DNA from: Escherichia coli
Lineage (GTDB): Bacteria; Pseudomonadota; Gammaproteobacteria; Enterobacterales; Enterobacteriaceae
Assembly: GCF_036507355.1 (NCBI RefSeq)
Contig: NZ_AP027877.1
Reading direction: 5' to 3' (one strand)
Length of the DNA stretch: 64,000 nucleotides
In this document: one piece after another, positions 49,390 to 60,604 of the stretch
How positions within the stretch are numbered: position 1 is the first letter of the stretch
How the letters are laid out: each line of letters starts with the position of its first letter
Notes under the pieces: generated by a model
The model's database searches: none
Told to the model about the DNA's origin: nothing
Seen by the model: only the letters and a program-made list of their open reading frames with translations
Position numbers and translations under genes: made by a program

Positions 49390-50058
49390 ATGTCCTTCAC
49401 TCGACGCAAATTTGTTCTGGGGATGGGAACAGTAATCTTTTTTACTGGTTCTGCGTCTTCTCTGTTAGCGAACACGAGGCAAGAAAAGGAAGTTCGGTAT
49501 GCCATGATTCATGACGAGTCACGGTGCAATGGCTGTAATATTTGCGCCCGCGCATGCCGTAAAACTAACCACGTCCCCGCTCAGGGAAGCCGTTTATCGA
49601 TAGCACACATTCCAGTCACCGATAACGACAACGAAACGCAGTATCACTTTTTTCGCCAGTCATGTCAGCACTGCGAAGATGCTCCGTGCATCGACGTATG
49701 CCCGACAGGGGCGTCGTGGCGTGATGAGCAGGGGATCGTGCGGGTAGAAAAATCGCAGTGCATCGGCTGCAGTTATTGCATTGGCGCTTGTCCGTACCAG
49801 GTTCGCTACCTTAACCCTGTCACTAAAGTGGCAGATAAATGTGATTTCTGCGCTGAGTCCCGACTGGCAAAAGGCTTTCCGCCCATTTGCGTCAGCGCCT
49901 GCCCGGAACACGCATTGATCTTTGGTCGCGAAGATAGCCCAGAAATTCAGGCGTGGTTGCAGGATAATAAATACTATCAATATCAGCTACCTGGTGCCGG
50001 GAAACCGCATCTGTATCGCCGGTTCGGTCAACATTTGATTAAAAAGGAAAATGTATGA
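49390..50058 (+). CDS. ydhX: Tat-exported 4Fe-4S ferredoxin-like protein
   Basis: 222 aa from MSFTRRKFVLGMGT... (twin-arginine-like signal) with four Cys clusters; track ORF extends 17 codons upstream. Confidence 0.85.
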   Translation: MSFTRRKFVLGMGTVIFFTGSASSLLANTRQEKEVRYAMIHDESRCNGCNICARACRKTNHVPAQGSRLSIAHIPVTDNDNETQYHFFRQSCQHCEDAPCIDVCPTGASWRDEQGIVRVEKSQCIGCSYCIGACPYQVRYLNPVTKVADKCDFCAESRLAKGFPPICVSACPEHALIFGREDSPEIQAWLQDNKYYQYQLPGAGKPHLYRRFGQHLIKKENV

Positions 50059-50840
50059 ACCCGTCGCAACATGCTGAACAGTTTCAGAGCCAGTTAGCGA
50101 ACTATGTGCCACAGTTCACTCCCGAATTTTGGCCGGTGTGGTTGATCATTGCCGGAGTATTGCTGGTTGGGATGTGGTTGGTGCTGGGGCTGCACGCCTT
50201 GCTTCGTGCTCGTGGCGTGAAGAAATCAGCCACCGATCATGGTGAGAAGATTTATCTTTACAGCAAAGCGGTCAGATTATGGCACTGGTCGAATGCGTTA
50301 CTCTTTGTATTGTTGCTGGCAAGTGGGCTGATAAATCACTTTGCGATGGTGGGCGCAACTGCGGTTAAAAGTCTGGTTGCGGTGCATGAAGTTTGCGGAT
50401 TTTTGTTACTGGCATGCTGGCTCGGCTTTGTGCTGATCAATGCCGTTGGGGATAATGGTCACCACTATCGCATTCGTCGTCAGGGGTGGCTGGAACGAGC
50501 GGCAAAACAAACGCGATTTTATTTGTTTGGCATTATGCAGGGGGAAGAACATCCTTTCCCGGCAACAACCCAGTCTAAATTTAATCCCTTACAGCAGGTC
50601 GCCTATGTTGGTGTCATGTATGGATTGCTGCCGTTGTTACTATTGACGGGGCTGCTGTGTCTCTATCCGCAAGCCGTGGGAGATGTGTTTCCTGGCGTTA
50701 GATACTGGTTATTGCAGGCGCATTTTGCTCTGGCATTTATAAGCCTCTTTTTTATCTTCGGTCATCTTTATCTTTGCACCACGGGGCGTACGCCACACGA
50801 AACCTTTAAAAGCATGGTCGATGGCTATCACCGGCACTAA
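50055..50840 (+). CDS. ydhU: Membrane cytochrome b-like subunit (PhsC-like)
   Basis: 261-aa polytopic membrane protein; 4-bp overlap with ydhX. Confidence 0.85.
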   Translation: MNPSQHAEQFQSQLANYVPQFTPEFWPVWLIIAGVLLVGMWLVLGLHALLRARGVKKSATDHGEKIYLYSKAVRLWHWSNALLFVLLLASGLINHFAMVGATAVKSLVAVHEVCGFLLLACWLGFVLINAVGDNGHHYRIRRQGWLERAAKQTRFYLFGIMQGEEHPFPATTQSKFNPLQQVAYVGVMYGLLPLLLLTGLLCLYPQAVGDVFPGVRYWLLQAHFALAFISLFFIFGHLYLCTTGRTPHETFKSMVDGYHRH

Positions 50841-50843
50841 CGA

Positions 50844-51656
50844 ATGATCATTACACGAGCAGACCTGCGAGAATGGCGTATCGGAGCGGTGATGTATCGC
50901 TGGTTCCTGCGCCATTTCCCACGCGGCGGTAGTTATGCCGATATTCATCATGCACTGATTGAGGAAGGATATACGGACTGGGCGGAGAGTCTTGTTGAGT
51001 ATGCGTGGAAAAAATGGCTGGCTGATGAAAACTTCGCGCATCAGGAAGTTTCCTCTATGCAAAAACTGGCCACAGACCCCGGAGAGATACCATTTTGCAG
51101 TCAGTTTGCCCGCAGCGACGATCATGCTCGCATCGGCTGTTGTGAGGATAACGCCCGAATCGCAACCGCTGGGTATGCCGCGCAAATTGCGAGTATGGGT
51201 TATAGCGTGCGGATTGGAAGTGTCGGCTTTAACAGTCACATTGGCAGCTCCGGTGAACGCGCACGGGTTGCTGTAACCGGTAATTCTTCGCGGATAAGCA
51301 GCGCTGGAGATAGTAGTCGGATTGCGAATACCGGAATGCGAGTACGCGTTTGTACATTGGGTGAACGATGTCATGTCGCCAGTAATGGTGACCTGGTGCA
51401 AATCGCCAGCTTTGGCGCAAACGCCAGAATTGCCAACAGCGGCGACAATGTACACATCATTGCCAGCGGTGAAAATTCAACGGTAGTGAGCACGGGCGTG
51501 GTCGACTCAATTATTCTCGGGCCAGGGGGCAGCGCCGCACTGGCATATCATGACGGCGAAAGAGTTCGCTTCGCCGTCGCCATTGAAGGTGAAAACAATA
51601 TTCGAGCCGGAGTCCGCTATCGTCTTAATGAACAGCATCAGTTTGTTGAGTGCTGA
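50844..51656 (+). CDS. ydhT: Repeat protein of unknown function (last gene of ydhYVWXUT)
   Basis: 270 aa; the C-terminal two thirds consist of nonapeptide tandem repeats. Confidence 0.85.
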   Translation: MIITRADLREWRIGAVMYRWFLRHFPRGGSYADIHHALIEEGYTDWAESLVEYAWKKWLADENFAHQEVSSMQKLATDPGEIPFCSQFARSDDHARIGCCEDNARIATAGYAAQIASMGYSVRIGSVGFNSHIGSSGERARVAVTGNSSRISSAGDSSRIANTGMRVRVCTLGERCHVASNGDLVQIASFGANARIANSGDNVHIIASGENSTVVSTGVVDSIILGPGGSAALAYHDGERVRFAVAIEGENNIRAGVRYRLNEQHQFVEC

Positions 51657-51667
51657 TAGCTTTACCT

Positions 51668-53272
51668 TTAATCAAACGAAAGACGCCGACGAGCACGGGA
51701 TGCAGGCTTTACGACCGCCCGAGCCATCGCCTCACCAATTTCTGCACATGCCGTAAGTCCCTGAACGAAAGGCTGGTCGTGCATCAACCAGGGCAACGCG
51801 CCGAACGCTACGCGCCCACGAATATCTTCGGGTTGCTGTAACGTATAATCTTCGCCAACATCAGGGATTTCATCCCCTGTTTTCTGTAATTGTTCGCGTA
51901 GTCCATGGAAAGGAATATCTTTCATTTTAAGCGGACGCTGCCCGCGGGCATCAATAAAAACGTCAAACGAGTAGCTGTTGTCTTCCGTTTTCAGGACGGT
52001 GCGCGACTCATTAATTTCCATTTTGTAGTCTTCACCGAGGGCGAGAATATGAATGATTCCCGCTTCACGTAAGGCAAGTAGGCGACGAATAGACTCTGAA
52101 GGGATTGCCGCATAATTATCGATGAAAACCCGGGCAAGGCCTTTACTGAACCGTTTATGGTCGTGTTCATTCAGATGTGGAACAATTTCCTGTACTGCTT
52201 CATGCAGGCGCAGAATGACATAACGCCAGGGAACAGTATGTTTTTCTCGTTTATTGCGTTCGACTTCCTGGAGATTTTTTTCTGCCCAGTCAAATGGGTC
52301 GCGTTGTTTGCGCTCGGCAAACCAGGCTTGAGCAAAGAAATCGACATTCAGGCTCTCTAAGGCTATGCGTTGGCTCCAGTCTGGATCAGCAAACTTGATT
52401 TCCTCTACTATCAATCTAAATACCCGATCCAAAAGGCCATATTCGCCTTTTTGAATCTCAGCATTTAATGCCTGATCAGTGACGATGTGTAAGGGCTCGT
52501 AGGGAATAGGGCAATAGAAATCGGCTTCGGGTAAAATACCCGTGCGCGACATTAACGTAATATTTAGCTTTTCACTTGCGTTATCGCGGTGAAAAACGAC
52601 GTGTTGTTTATCATCTTCAATGAACGAACCATGCTGAATTGCCACTGCCATTGCCGCATCCAGTCCGCTCAAGGATGTTCCCATAATACCCACGTTACAC
52701 GCATCGACCTTTGCTTCCATCAGGCCTGACCACGGGCTGGGAAAATACGTTCGGATTGCTTCTTCTTCATCAGGCCAGACGTGACCCGTGGCAATCACCG
52801 CTAAATCAAACGTCTCGCTGGGTAAATCCTGATTTGTAGCGAGCATGACGCCAGCATTTGTAATTTGCAGATCGGTAACCTGGCATGATTCATAAACAGC
52901 CACTGCAAATTTTTGCTGTCGTGCCTGGTCTACTAATCGTAAAAATTGATCGCGGAAATATTCGCCCAGCAGAATTCGCGGTAAAAACTGACGATCGTGC
53001 AAGGTTTCTTTTTTAACGCCATAACGCTGGAGATGGCTGGCTTCTTGCTTTTGTAGCCATTCGAGATACGTACAATAAATCGGCGGTATTTCAATACTGG
53101 CAATATTTGCCAGCATCATTTTTGAGTTTTCCTCATCACTGTATGGCATCCCGACACCGGCCACATCAGCCTGCTCGAAGATAGAAATAGAAAGTGGAGT
53201 TTGTTGCTGTAGAAGCGAGAATAAGGTGTAGATCCCCGTAGGCCCGGCACCTACAATAGCAATTTTTTTCAT
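51668..53272 (-). CDS. ydhS: FAD/NAD(P)-binding protein of unknown function
   Basis: 534 aa with N-terminal Rossmann motif IAIVGAGPTG. Confidence 0.85.
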   Translation of the reverse strand: MKKIAIVGAGPTGIYTLFSLLQQQTPLSISIFEQADVAGVGMPYSDEENSKMMLANIASIEIPPIYCTYLEWLQKQEASHLQRYGVKKETLHDRQFLPRILLGEYFRDQFLRLVDQARQQKFAVAVYESCQVTDLQITNAGVMLATNQDLPSETFDLAVIATGHVWPDEEEAIRTYFPSPWSGLMEAKVDACNVGIMGTSLSGLDAAMAVAIQHGSFIEDDKQHVVFHRDNASEKLNITLMSRTGILPEADFYCPIPYEPLHIVTDQALNAEIQKGEYGLLDRVFRLIVEEIKFADPDWSQRIALESLNVDFFAQAWFAERKQRDPFDWAEKNLQEVERNKREKHTVPWRYVILRLHEAVQEIVPHLNEHDHKRFSKGLARVFIDNYAAIPSESIRRLLALREAGIIHILALGEDYKMEINESRTVLKTEDNSYSFDVFIDARGQRPLKMKDIPFHGLREQLQKTGDEIPDVGEDYTLQQPEDIRGRVAFGALPWLMHDQPFVQGLTACAEIGEAMARAVVKPASRARRRLSFD

Positions 53273-53397
53273 TGTTACTTACCTGTACGCATTCTTTCGA
53301 ATTTAGTGTTATCAGATAAGTTTGGTTGAAATTTTTAGAATTTGAGAAATTTCAGACAGGGATGAAAAGGGCGCTAACCGCCCTTGATTAAAATCTG

Positions 53398-53703
53398 TCA
53401 GGCGAGTTTTGCCTGATTGATTTGACTCAGTGGCTCATTGACATCGAAAACTTTGGCGACAACTTCCTCAACGCCGAGATTTTTCAGTCGGGCAGTGTGT
53501 TTTTCCAGATAGGCAAGGGCGCTTTTTTCATCAGTGAAAAGGTAGATCCCACCGGCTTCGTGGTTCTTTTCACTTTCGGTCCATACCTTCCACAGAAAAC
53601 CAGGTTCCTGATTAATCGACTCAGCAAGCGGTTTAAGCTGCTCAGCCATTGCGTCGCCAAATGGGCCATTGAAAGAAAAATGAAGTTGTAACAAAGTTGC
53701 CAT
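53398..53703 (-). CDS. ydhR: Small dimeric alpha+beta barrel protein (putative monooxygenase)
   Basis: 101-aa [41 protein letters not shown]... Confidence 0.85.
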   Translation of the reverse strand: MATLLQLHFSFNGPFGDAMAEQLKPLAESINQEPGFLWKVWTESEKNHEAGGIYLFTDEKSALAYLEKHTARLKNLGVEEVVAKVFDVNEPLSQINQAKLA

Positions 53704-53810
53704 AGCGATTCTCCTTCTGATAACGCATACGAAGACAGTGTAAATCTTTTAACGTATTGGATACAGAGAAGAAGCAGAGGGAAAAAGGAGAAGACCAGAT
53801 TAAGAAAATC

Positions 53811-53887
53811 TGGTGCGTCCGAGTGGACTCGAACCACCGACCCCCACCATGTCAAGGTGGTGCTCTAACCAACTGAGCTACGGACGC
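53811..53887 (-). tRNA. valW: tRNA-Val (anticodon GAC)
   Basis: Reverse complement GCGTCCGTAGCTCAGTTGGTTAGAGCACCACCTTGACATGGTGGGGGTCGGTGGTTCGAGTCCACTCGGACGCACCA; valV/valW assignment is by position only. Confidence 0.9.
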
Positions 53888-53891
53888 AGGA

Positions 53892-53968
53892 TGGTGCGTT
53901 CAATTGGACTCGAACCAACGACCCCCACCATGTCAAGGTGGTGCTCTAACCAACTGAGCTATGAACGC
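53892..53968 (-). tRNA. valV: tRNA-Val (anticodon GAC)
   Basis: Reverse complement GCGTTCATAGCTCAGTTGGTTAGAGCACCACCTTGACATGGTGGGGGTCGTTGGTTCGAGTCCAATTGAACGCACCA; 4-bp spacer to the second copy. Confidence 0.9.
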
Positions 53969-53994
53969 AACGTTGTAGGTGACAACGGGGACGA

Positions 53995-54023
53995 ATATTA
54001 GCGGCAGAGTGGGAAGGTGGCAA
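53995..54023 (-). promoter_or_regulatory. Sigma70 promoter of the valVW tRNA pair, with GC-rich discriminator
   Basis: Minus strand TTGCCA-N17-TAATAT followed by TCGTCCCCG. Confidence 0.6.
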
Positions 54024-54275
54024 GAGGCAAAACGTAATTTTCTGCGCTATTTCGACCGTTTGCAGAGCTTTTAAGCAAATTGGCTATATTTTGTTGATTT
54101 GCAAGGGCGATTTTTATTCAGGATCGCATTTACATCTGATACAACCCAATAATTCGTGTATCAGAGTTTAAACAGAGTTGTTTGCCACCATCTCAAATCT
54201 GTCGTGGATAAATCCTCCGTAGCCTTTACACTTAGGTAGCAATAAAGGCACACAGATGCAGCAAAGGAATAAATC

Positions 54276-55532
54276 ATGGGATCTGATGCGAAAAACTTGA
54301 TGAGCGACGGGAATGTGCAAATTGTTAAGACCGGCGAGGTCATTGGCGCGACGCAACTTACTGAAGGCGAGTTGATTGTTGAAGCTGGCGGAAGAGCCGA
54401 AAATACCGTGGTCACGGGGGCTGGCTGGTTGAAAGTGACAACCGGTGGGATCGCCAAATGCACACAGTACGGTAACAATGGCACGCTATCGGTCAGCGAC
54501 GGTGCCATTGCCACAGATATTGTTCAGTCCGAGGGAGGCGCAATTAGTCTCTCTACGCTCGCTACGGTTAATGGCCGCCATCCCGAAGGTGAATTCAGCG
54601 TTGATAAAGGTTATGCCTGCGGTTTGTTGCTGGAAAATGGCGGTAACCTGCGTGTACTGGAAGGCCATCGCGCGGAAAAAATTATTCTCGATCAAGAGGG
54701 CGGCCTGTTGGTCAATGGGACAACCTCAGCGGTCGTGGTAGATGAAGGTGGTGAATTGTTGGTGTATCCAGGTGGGGAAGCCAGCAATTGTGAGATTAAT
54801 CAGGGCGGCGTTTTTATGCTGGCGGGGAAAGCCAATGATACGTTGCTTGCTGGTGGCACCATGAATAATCTCGGTGGTGAAGACTCTGACACTATTGTTG
54901 AGAATGGAGCCATCTATCGTCTGGGGACGGATGGTCTTCAGCTCTACAGTTCCGGTAAGACGCAAAACCTGTCCGTTAATGTGGGTGGTCGGGCTGAAGT
55001 GCATGCCGGTACGCTGGAAAATGCGGTAATACAAGGTGGAACAGTGATCCTGTTGTCACCCACCAGCGCGGACGAAAATTTTGTCGTAGAGGAAGATCGC
55101 GCACCGGTTGAACTGACCGGGAGTGTTGCATTACTGGACGGCGCTTCAATGATTATTGGCTATGGCGCAGATCTGCAACAATCAACGATTACTGTACAGC
55201 AGGGCGGTGTATTGATTCTCGACGGCAGTACGGTAAAAGGTGACAGTGTCACTTTCAGTATTGGTAACATCAATCTGAATGGCGGAAAACTGTGGCTGAT
55301 CACTGGTGCGGCAACGCATGTGCAGCTGAAAGTGAAACGCCTGCGCGGAGAGGGAGCGATTTGCCTGCAAACCAGTGCGAAAGAAATTTCACCTGACTTC
55401 ATCAATGTGAAAGGGGAAGTTACCGGGGATATACACGTTGAGATAACAGATGCCAGTCGGCAAACTCTGTGTAACGCACTGAAACTACAGCCAGACGAAG
55501 ACGGGATTGGCGCAACGCTCCAGCCTGCGTAA
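54276..55532 (+). CDS. ydhQ: Glycine-rich beta-helix-like protein (autotransporter-passenger-like, no obvious beta-barrel)
   Basis: 418 aa with repeated G-G-x-x-x-V/L motifs. Confidence 0.8.
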   Translation: MGSDAKNLMSDGNVQIVKTGEVIGATQLTEGELIVEAGGRAENTVVTGAGWLKVTTGGIAKCTQYGNNGTLSVSDGAIATDIVQSEGGAISLSTLATVNGRHPEGEFSVDKGYACGLLLENGGNLRVLEGHRAEKIILDQEGGLLVNGTTSAVVVDEGGELLVYPGGEASNCEINQGGVFMLAGKANDTLLAGGTMNNLGGEDSDTIVENGAIYRLGTDGLQLYSSGKTQNLSVNVGGRAEVHAGTLENAVIQGGTVILLSPTSADENFVVEEDRAPVELTGSVALLDGASMIIGYGADLQQSTITVQQGGVLILDGSTVKGDSVTFSIGNINLNGGKLWLITGAATHVQLKVKRLRGEGAICLQTSAKEISPDFINVKGEVTGDIHVEITDASRQTLCNALKLQPDEDGIGATLQPA

Positions 55533-55538
55533 AAACAC

Positions 55539-55564
55539 AGGCGCAACCCGCGAAGGTTGCGCCT
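55539..55564. terminator. Hairpin terminator between convergent ydhQ and mdtK
   Basis: aggcgcaacc-cgcgaa-ggttgcgcct. Confidence 0.65.
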
Positions 55565-55572
55565 TGTCTTTA

Positions 55573-56967
<1,395 letters not shown>

Positions 56968-57160
56968 TTATATGAGAGACTAAAAAGCCGCCTGAATGGG
57001 CAGCAAAAAGAAGAAGCAGGGGAAATTCAGTCTATTGTAGCGAGGATTTATTAATTCTCCAGTGAAAAAATAGTCATTCTTACCCCTTCACTGGTAAGGG
57101 CGTTTGCCACCTGCTATTGTGCTGAACAGAATGTCTTAACTGATTTCAGGAGTTGTAAGT

Positions 57161-57802
57161 ATGTTTACGGGGATTGTACAGGGCACCGCAAAACTGGTGT
57201 CGATTGACGAGAAACCAAATTTTCGTACGCATGTGGTGGAGTTACCCGATCACATGCTGGACGGCCTGGAAACCGGTGCCTCCGTGGCGCATAACGGTTG
57301 CTGCCTGACCGTGACGGAAATTAACGGCAACCATGTCAGTTTTGACCTGATGAAAGAAACGTTGCGCATTACCAATCTTGGCGATTTAAAAGTGGGGGAT
57401 TGGGTAAACGTTGAGCGTGCGGCGAAATTCAGTGATGAAATTGGCGGACACTTAATGTCAGGTCATATTATGACCACCGCTGAAGTGGCGAAAATATTAA
57501 CCTCGGAAAATAATCGCCAGATCTGGTTTAAAGTCCAGGATAGTCAGTTGATGAAATATATCCTGTACAAAGGATTTATTGGCATCGACGGTATTAGCCT
57601 GACCGTCGGCGAAGTCACGCCAACGCGTTTTTGCGTCCATTTAATTCCGGAAACTCTGGAACGCACGACTCTTGGGAAGAAAAAACTCGGCGCACGCGTC
57701 AACATTGAAATTGATCCACAAACTCAGGCAGTGGTAGATACAGTAGAACGTGTGCTGGCGGCACGAGAAAATGCCATGAATCAACCAGGTACAGAAGCCT
57801 GA
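57161..57802 (+). CDS. ribC: Riboflavin synthase
   Basis: 213-aa [30 protein letters not shown]... Confidence 0.93.
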   Translation: MFTGIVQGTAKLVSIDEKPNFRTHVVELPDHMLDGLETGASVAHNGCCLTVTEINGNHVSFDLMKETLRITNLGDLKVGDWVNVERAAKFSDEIGGHLMSGHIMTTAEVAKILTSENNRQIWFKVQDSQLMKYILYKGFIGIDGISLTVGEVTPTRFCVHLIPETLERTTLGKKKLGARVNIEIDPQTQAVVDTVERVLAARENAMNQPGTEA

Positions 57803-57808
57803 TCTGAA

Positions 57809-57831
57809 ATCGCCCCCGGAGAGGGGGCGAT
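57809..57831. terminator. Bidirectional hairpin terminator between ribC and cfa
   Basis: Perfect palindrome atcgccccc-ggaga-gggggcgat. Confidence 0.75.
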
Positions 57832-57841
57832 AGAATAGCCT

Positions 57842-58990
57842 TTAGCGAGCGACTCGAAGGCCGTTTTCAACACCGCGTGAGAACACCACCTGCCAGAGCT
57901 GAATATCACGGGCGCGGAAAGCACCTGCACAGGCATTCAGATAATAGGTAAACATTCGTTTAAAGCGTTCACTGTAGTTATCCGCAATTTCTGGCCATGC
58001 GGCGAGGAATCGTTCATACCACGCCATCAACGTAGTATCGTAATCAGCACCGAAGTTATGCCAGTCTTCCATCACAAAGTGGGGTTCGCTGGACTGAGCA
58101 ATCTGGCGTACAGAGGGCAGGCAACCGTTCGGAAAAATATATTTATTAATCCAGGGATCAACATTCAGATCGGTTTTTTTCGAACCGATAGTATGGAGCA
58201 GGAATATGCCTTCCGGTTTCAAATTACGATCCACCACCGCAAAATAGGTATCGTAATTTTTCGGTCCGACGTGCTCGAACATCCCCACAGAAACAATACG
58301 ATCAAACTGGTCGTTCAGGTCACGATAATCTTGCAGCAAAATGGTGACATCCAGGCCTTCACAACGTTCCTGAGCCATTTTTTGCTGTTCGGCAGAAATG
58401 GTGACGCCAACCACGCTTACGTCATAATTAGATGCCATGTAGTGCGCCAGTCCGCCCCAGCCGCAGCCAATATCCAGTACGCGCATCCCTGGTTTTAACT
58501 GCAATTTTTCACAAATCATTTTGAGCTTCGCCTGCTGGGCAGATTCCAGATTATCGGCATCTTTCCAGTAAGCGCAGGAATATTGCATGAAGGGATCAAG
58601 CATGCGGCTGAACAAGTCATTACCCAAATCGTAATGCTCTTTGCCGACTATCCAGGCACGTTTTTTACTCTGCAGATTGAAGAGACGAGCGCCGGCAATA
58701 CGCAGCGTGTCTTTGAAATGATGGGGGAGTTGGTTCTCGAGACCTGCGCGTAAGACTTTGCTAAAAAACATATCCAGTCGGTCACATTCCCACCAGCCAT
58801 CCATATAACTTTCGCCTAACCCCAAAGAGCCTTCTTGCAGAACGCGTTTAAAAAAATCGGGGTTTTTCACACGAATATCCGCCGGGGCAGAACCGTTAAT
58901 GGCTATACCGGCACGGCTAAGTAATTCGTTGGCGATACGGTACCAGTTGTCATCCGGTACACTGACTTCTTCTATACACGATGAACTCAT
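57842..58990 (-). CDS. cfa: Cyclopropane-fatty-acyl-phospholipid synthase
   Basis: 382 aa with SAM-binding motif VLDIGCGWGG. Confidence 0.95.
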   Translation of the reverse strand: MSSSCIEEVSVPDDNWYRIANELLSRAGIAINGSAPADIRVKNPDFFKRVLQEGSLGLGESYMDGWWECDRLDMFFSKVLRAGLENQLPHHFKDTLRIAGARLFNLQSKKRAWIVGKEHYDLGNDLFSRMLDPFMQYSCAYWKDADNLESAQQAKLKMICEKLQLKPGMRVLDIGCGWGGLAHYMASNYDVSVVGVTISAEQQKMAQERCEGLDVTILLQDYRDLNDQFDRIVSVGMFEHVGPKNYDTYFAVVDRNLKPEGIFLLHTIGSKKTDLNVDPWINKYIFPNGCLPSVRQIAQSSEPHFVMEDWHNFGADYDTTLMAWYERFLAAWPEIADNYSERFKRMFTYYLNACAGAFRARDIQLWQVVFSRGVENGLRVAR

Positions 58991-59280
58991 AGTTTCTCCA
59001 TCACTGGTCGGTGATCAGAACCTTAAAACAGCGTAGACGCTTTTTGGGCTTTGTGAGAAATCTCGCAGAAAAAACCGCGAGTCTATAATCCGACGTAGAA
59101 CAGAGGGAAAGGAGGAACCCTTGCCGAAATGACCATCCATAGTGAGTCGGGAACGATCCTGTCCCCGTAAAAACATAATATTTATCGTAGCTTTAACAAC
59201 TCGAAATTAGTATAGGCCGCTAATTTCAATCATACAACAAAATTTTGTTAGCAGCCTAAGTATAAGTATATCGATATAGA

Positions 59281-60492
59281 TCAGTGTGATTCGCTATGAG
59301 CGACTTCGGCATTGCCATGATTCTGGCAGCCAACTTCTTCACAACGTTGCATCATGTAACCCAGCGCGACCAGCACTACTGTTGATAACATCACGCTGGT
59401 GGTGGTGAGCAATGGCGTGCTGATACTGATCAGCCAGGAAACTACCAGACTTGCGAGGAAGCACAGACCCAGTTGTAGAGTGTTCTGCAACGCTGCGGCG
59501 CGACCAGTTGCGTGTGGGAAGGGACGCAGCGCCTGGGCGACAACAATAGGGTAGATCGCGCCATTGGCAATCGCCATCACACAGAATGGGATCAGGATTT
59601 CGACCAGCGACACATGGCTAATGAAGCCCGCAGCCCAGGTCGCAATGACGCTGACAGCAAACAGCACCAGCAACCACGGTAATAACTGCTTGCCTTGCCA
59701 TTTCTGCAGCGCGGCGCGACAGCCATAACCACCAATCAGAAACGCGATAGTTTGCGGGACATAACTTAAACCAATTACTGCCGGGCTGTAGCCCATTTCA
59801 CTAAGGATGAACGGTGAACCGGTCAGCCATGCAAAAAAACTGGCTGAACAGGCTGCGTATATCAGCACGTTGCCGCGATAGGTTTTAGAACGTAGCAGGT
59901 CGGTAAAGGTCAGACCATCCTGACTATTGTTACGGGCCTTCGTCGTGGGTTTGAGCCAGAAAATAGGCAGAATCAGCACCACGGTAATGGCAAAAAGGGT
60001 GGCGAAAATCGCCTGCCAGGAAAAATGGACCAGCAGCCAGCTTCCTAACAGAGGAGCCAGGGCCGGAGATAGACCCACCAGCGGCATGATGGTCGCAAAA
60101 ATTCGGTTAACTTTCTGTGAAGGATAATAATCCGTCACTAACGCTTGCCAGATAACCGCCGCGGCGCAGACACCCACAGCCTGTACAAAACGCAATACCA
60201 GCAGCATAGCGGCGTTTTCTACCCACAGCATCCCCAGACTACCTAACGCAAAAATTGTCAGGCCGATTAATAATACCGGTTTACGACCATAACGGTCGGA
60301 GAGCGGCCCCCACAGAAGTTGGGCTGCGGCAAAACCGGCAAGGAACAGACTAAGGCTGGCACTGACAGCAGACGCAGGCGTTTGCAGGTCGGCCTGTATG
60401 GCGGCGAAAGCAGGCAGATACATATCGGTTGCCAGAAAACCGAGTACGCTCAAACCCGCCAGCCAGACTAAAAATCTTTTCCCAGGTTGCAT
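59281..60492 (-). CDS. ydhC: MFS transporter (purine nucleoside transporter PunC/YdhC)
   Basis: 403-aa 12-TM-like MFS protein. Confidence 0.88.
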   Translation of the reverse strand: MQPGKRFLVWLAGLSVLGFLATDMYLPAFAAIQADLQTPASAVSASLSLFLAGFAAAQLLWGPLSDRYGRKPVLLIGLTIFALGSLGMLWVENAAMLLVLRFVQAVGVCAAAVIWQALVTDYYPSQKVNRIFATIMPLVGLSPALAPLLGSWLLVHFSWQAIFATLFAITVVLILPIFWLKPTTKARNNSQDGLTFTDLLRSKTYRGNVLIYAACSASFFAWLTGSPFILSEMGYSPAVIGLSYVPQTIAFLIGGYGCRAALQKWQGKQLLPWLLVLFAVSVIATWAAGFISHVSLVEILIPFCVMAIANGAIYPIVVAQALRPFPHATGRAAALQNTLQLGLCFLASLVVSWLISISTPLLTTTSVMLSTVVLVALGYMMQRCEEVGCQNHGNAEVAHSESH

Positions 60493-60604
60493 GTATATTC
60501 TCTAAATCTCTCAATTAAACACCGCCGCAAAGTGTAGGGAGTGAAATTAGTGTTGTGAAACGGTAATATTTGATGACTGGTTTCAAAAATTTTGCAGGCA
60601 GACT

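Noticed and set aside
54161-54514. 117-aa minus-strand ORF overlapping the ydhQ start and upstream region.
   Set aside because: It overlaps the much longer, repeat-bearing ydhQ frame and its upstream region; no independent support.
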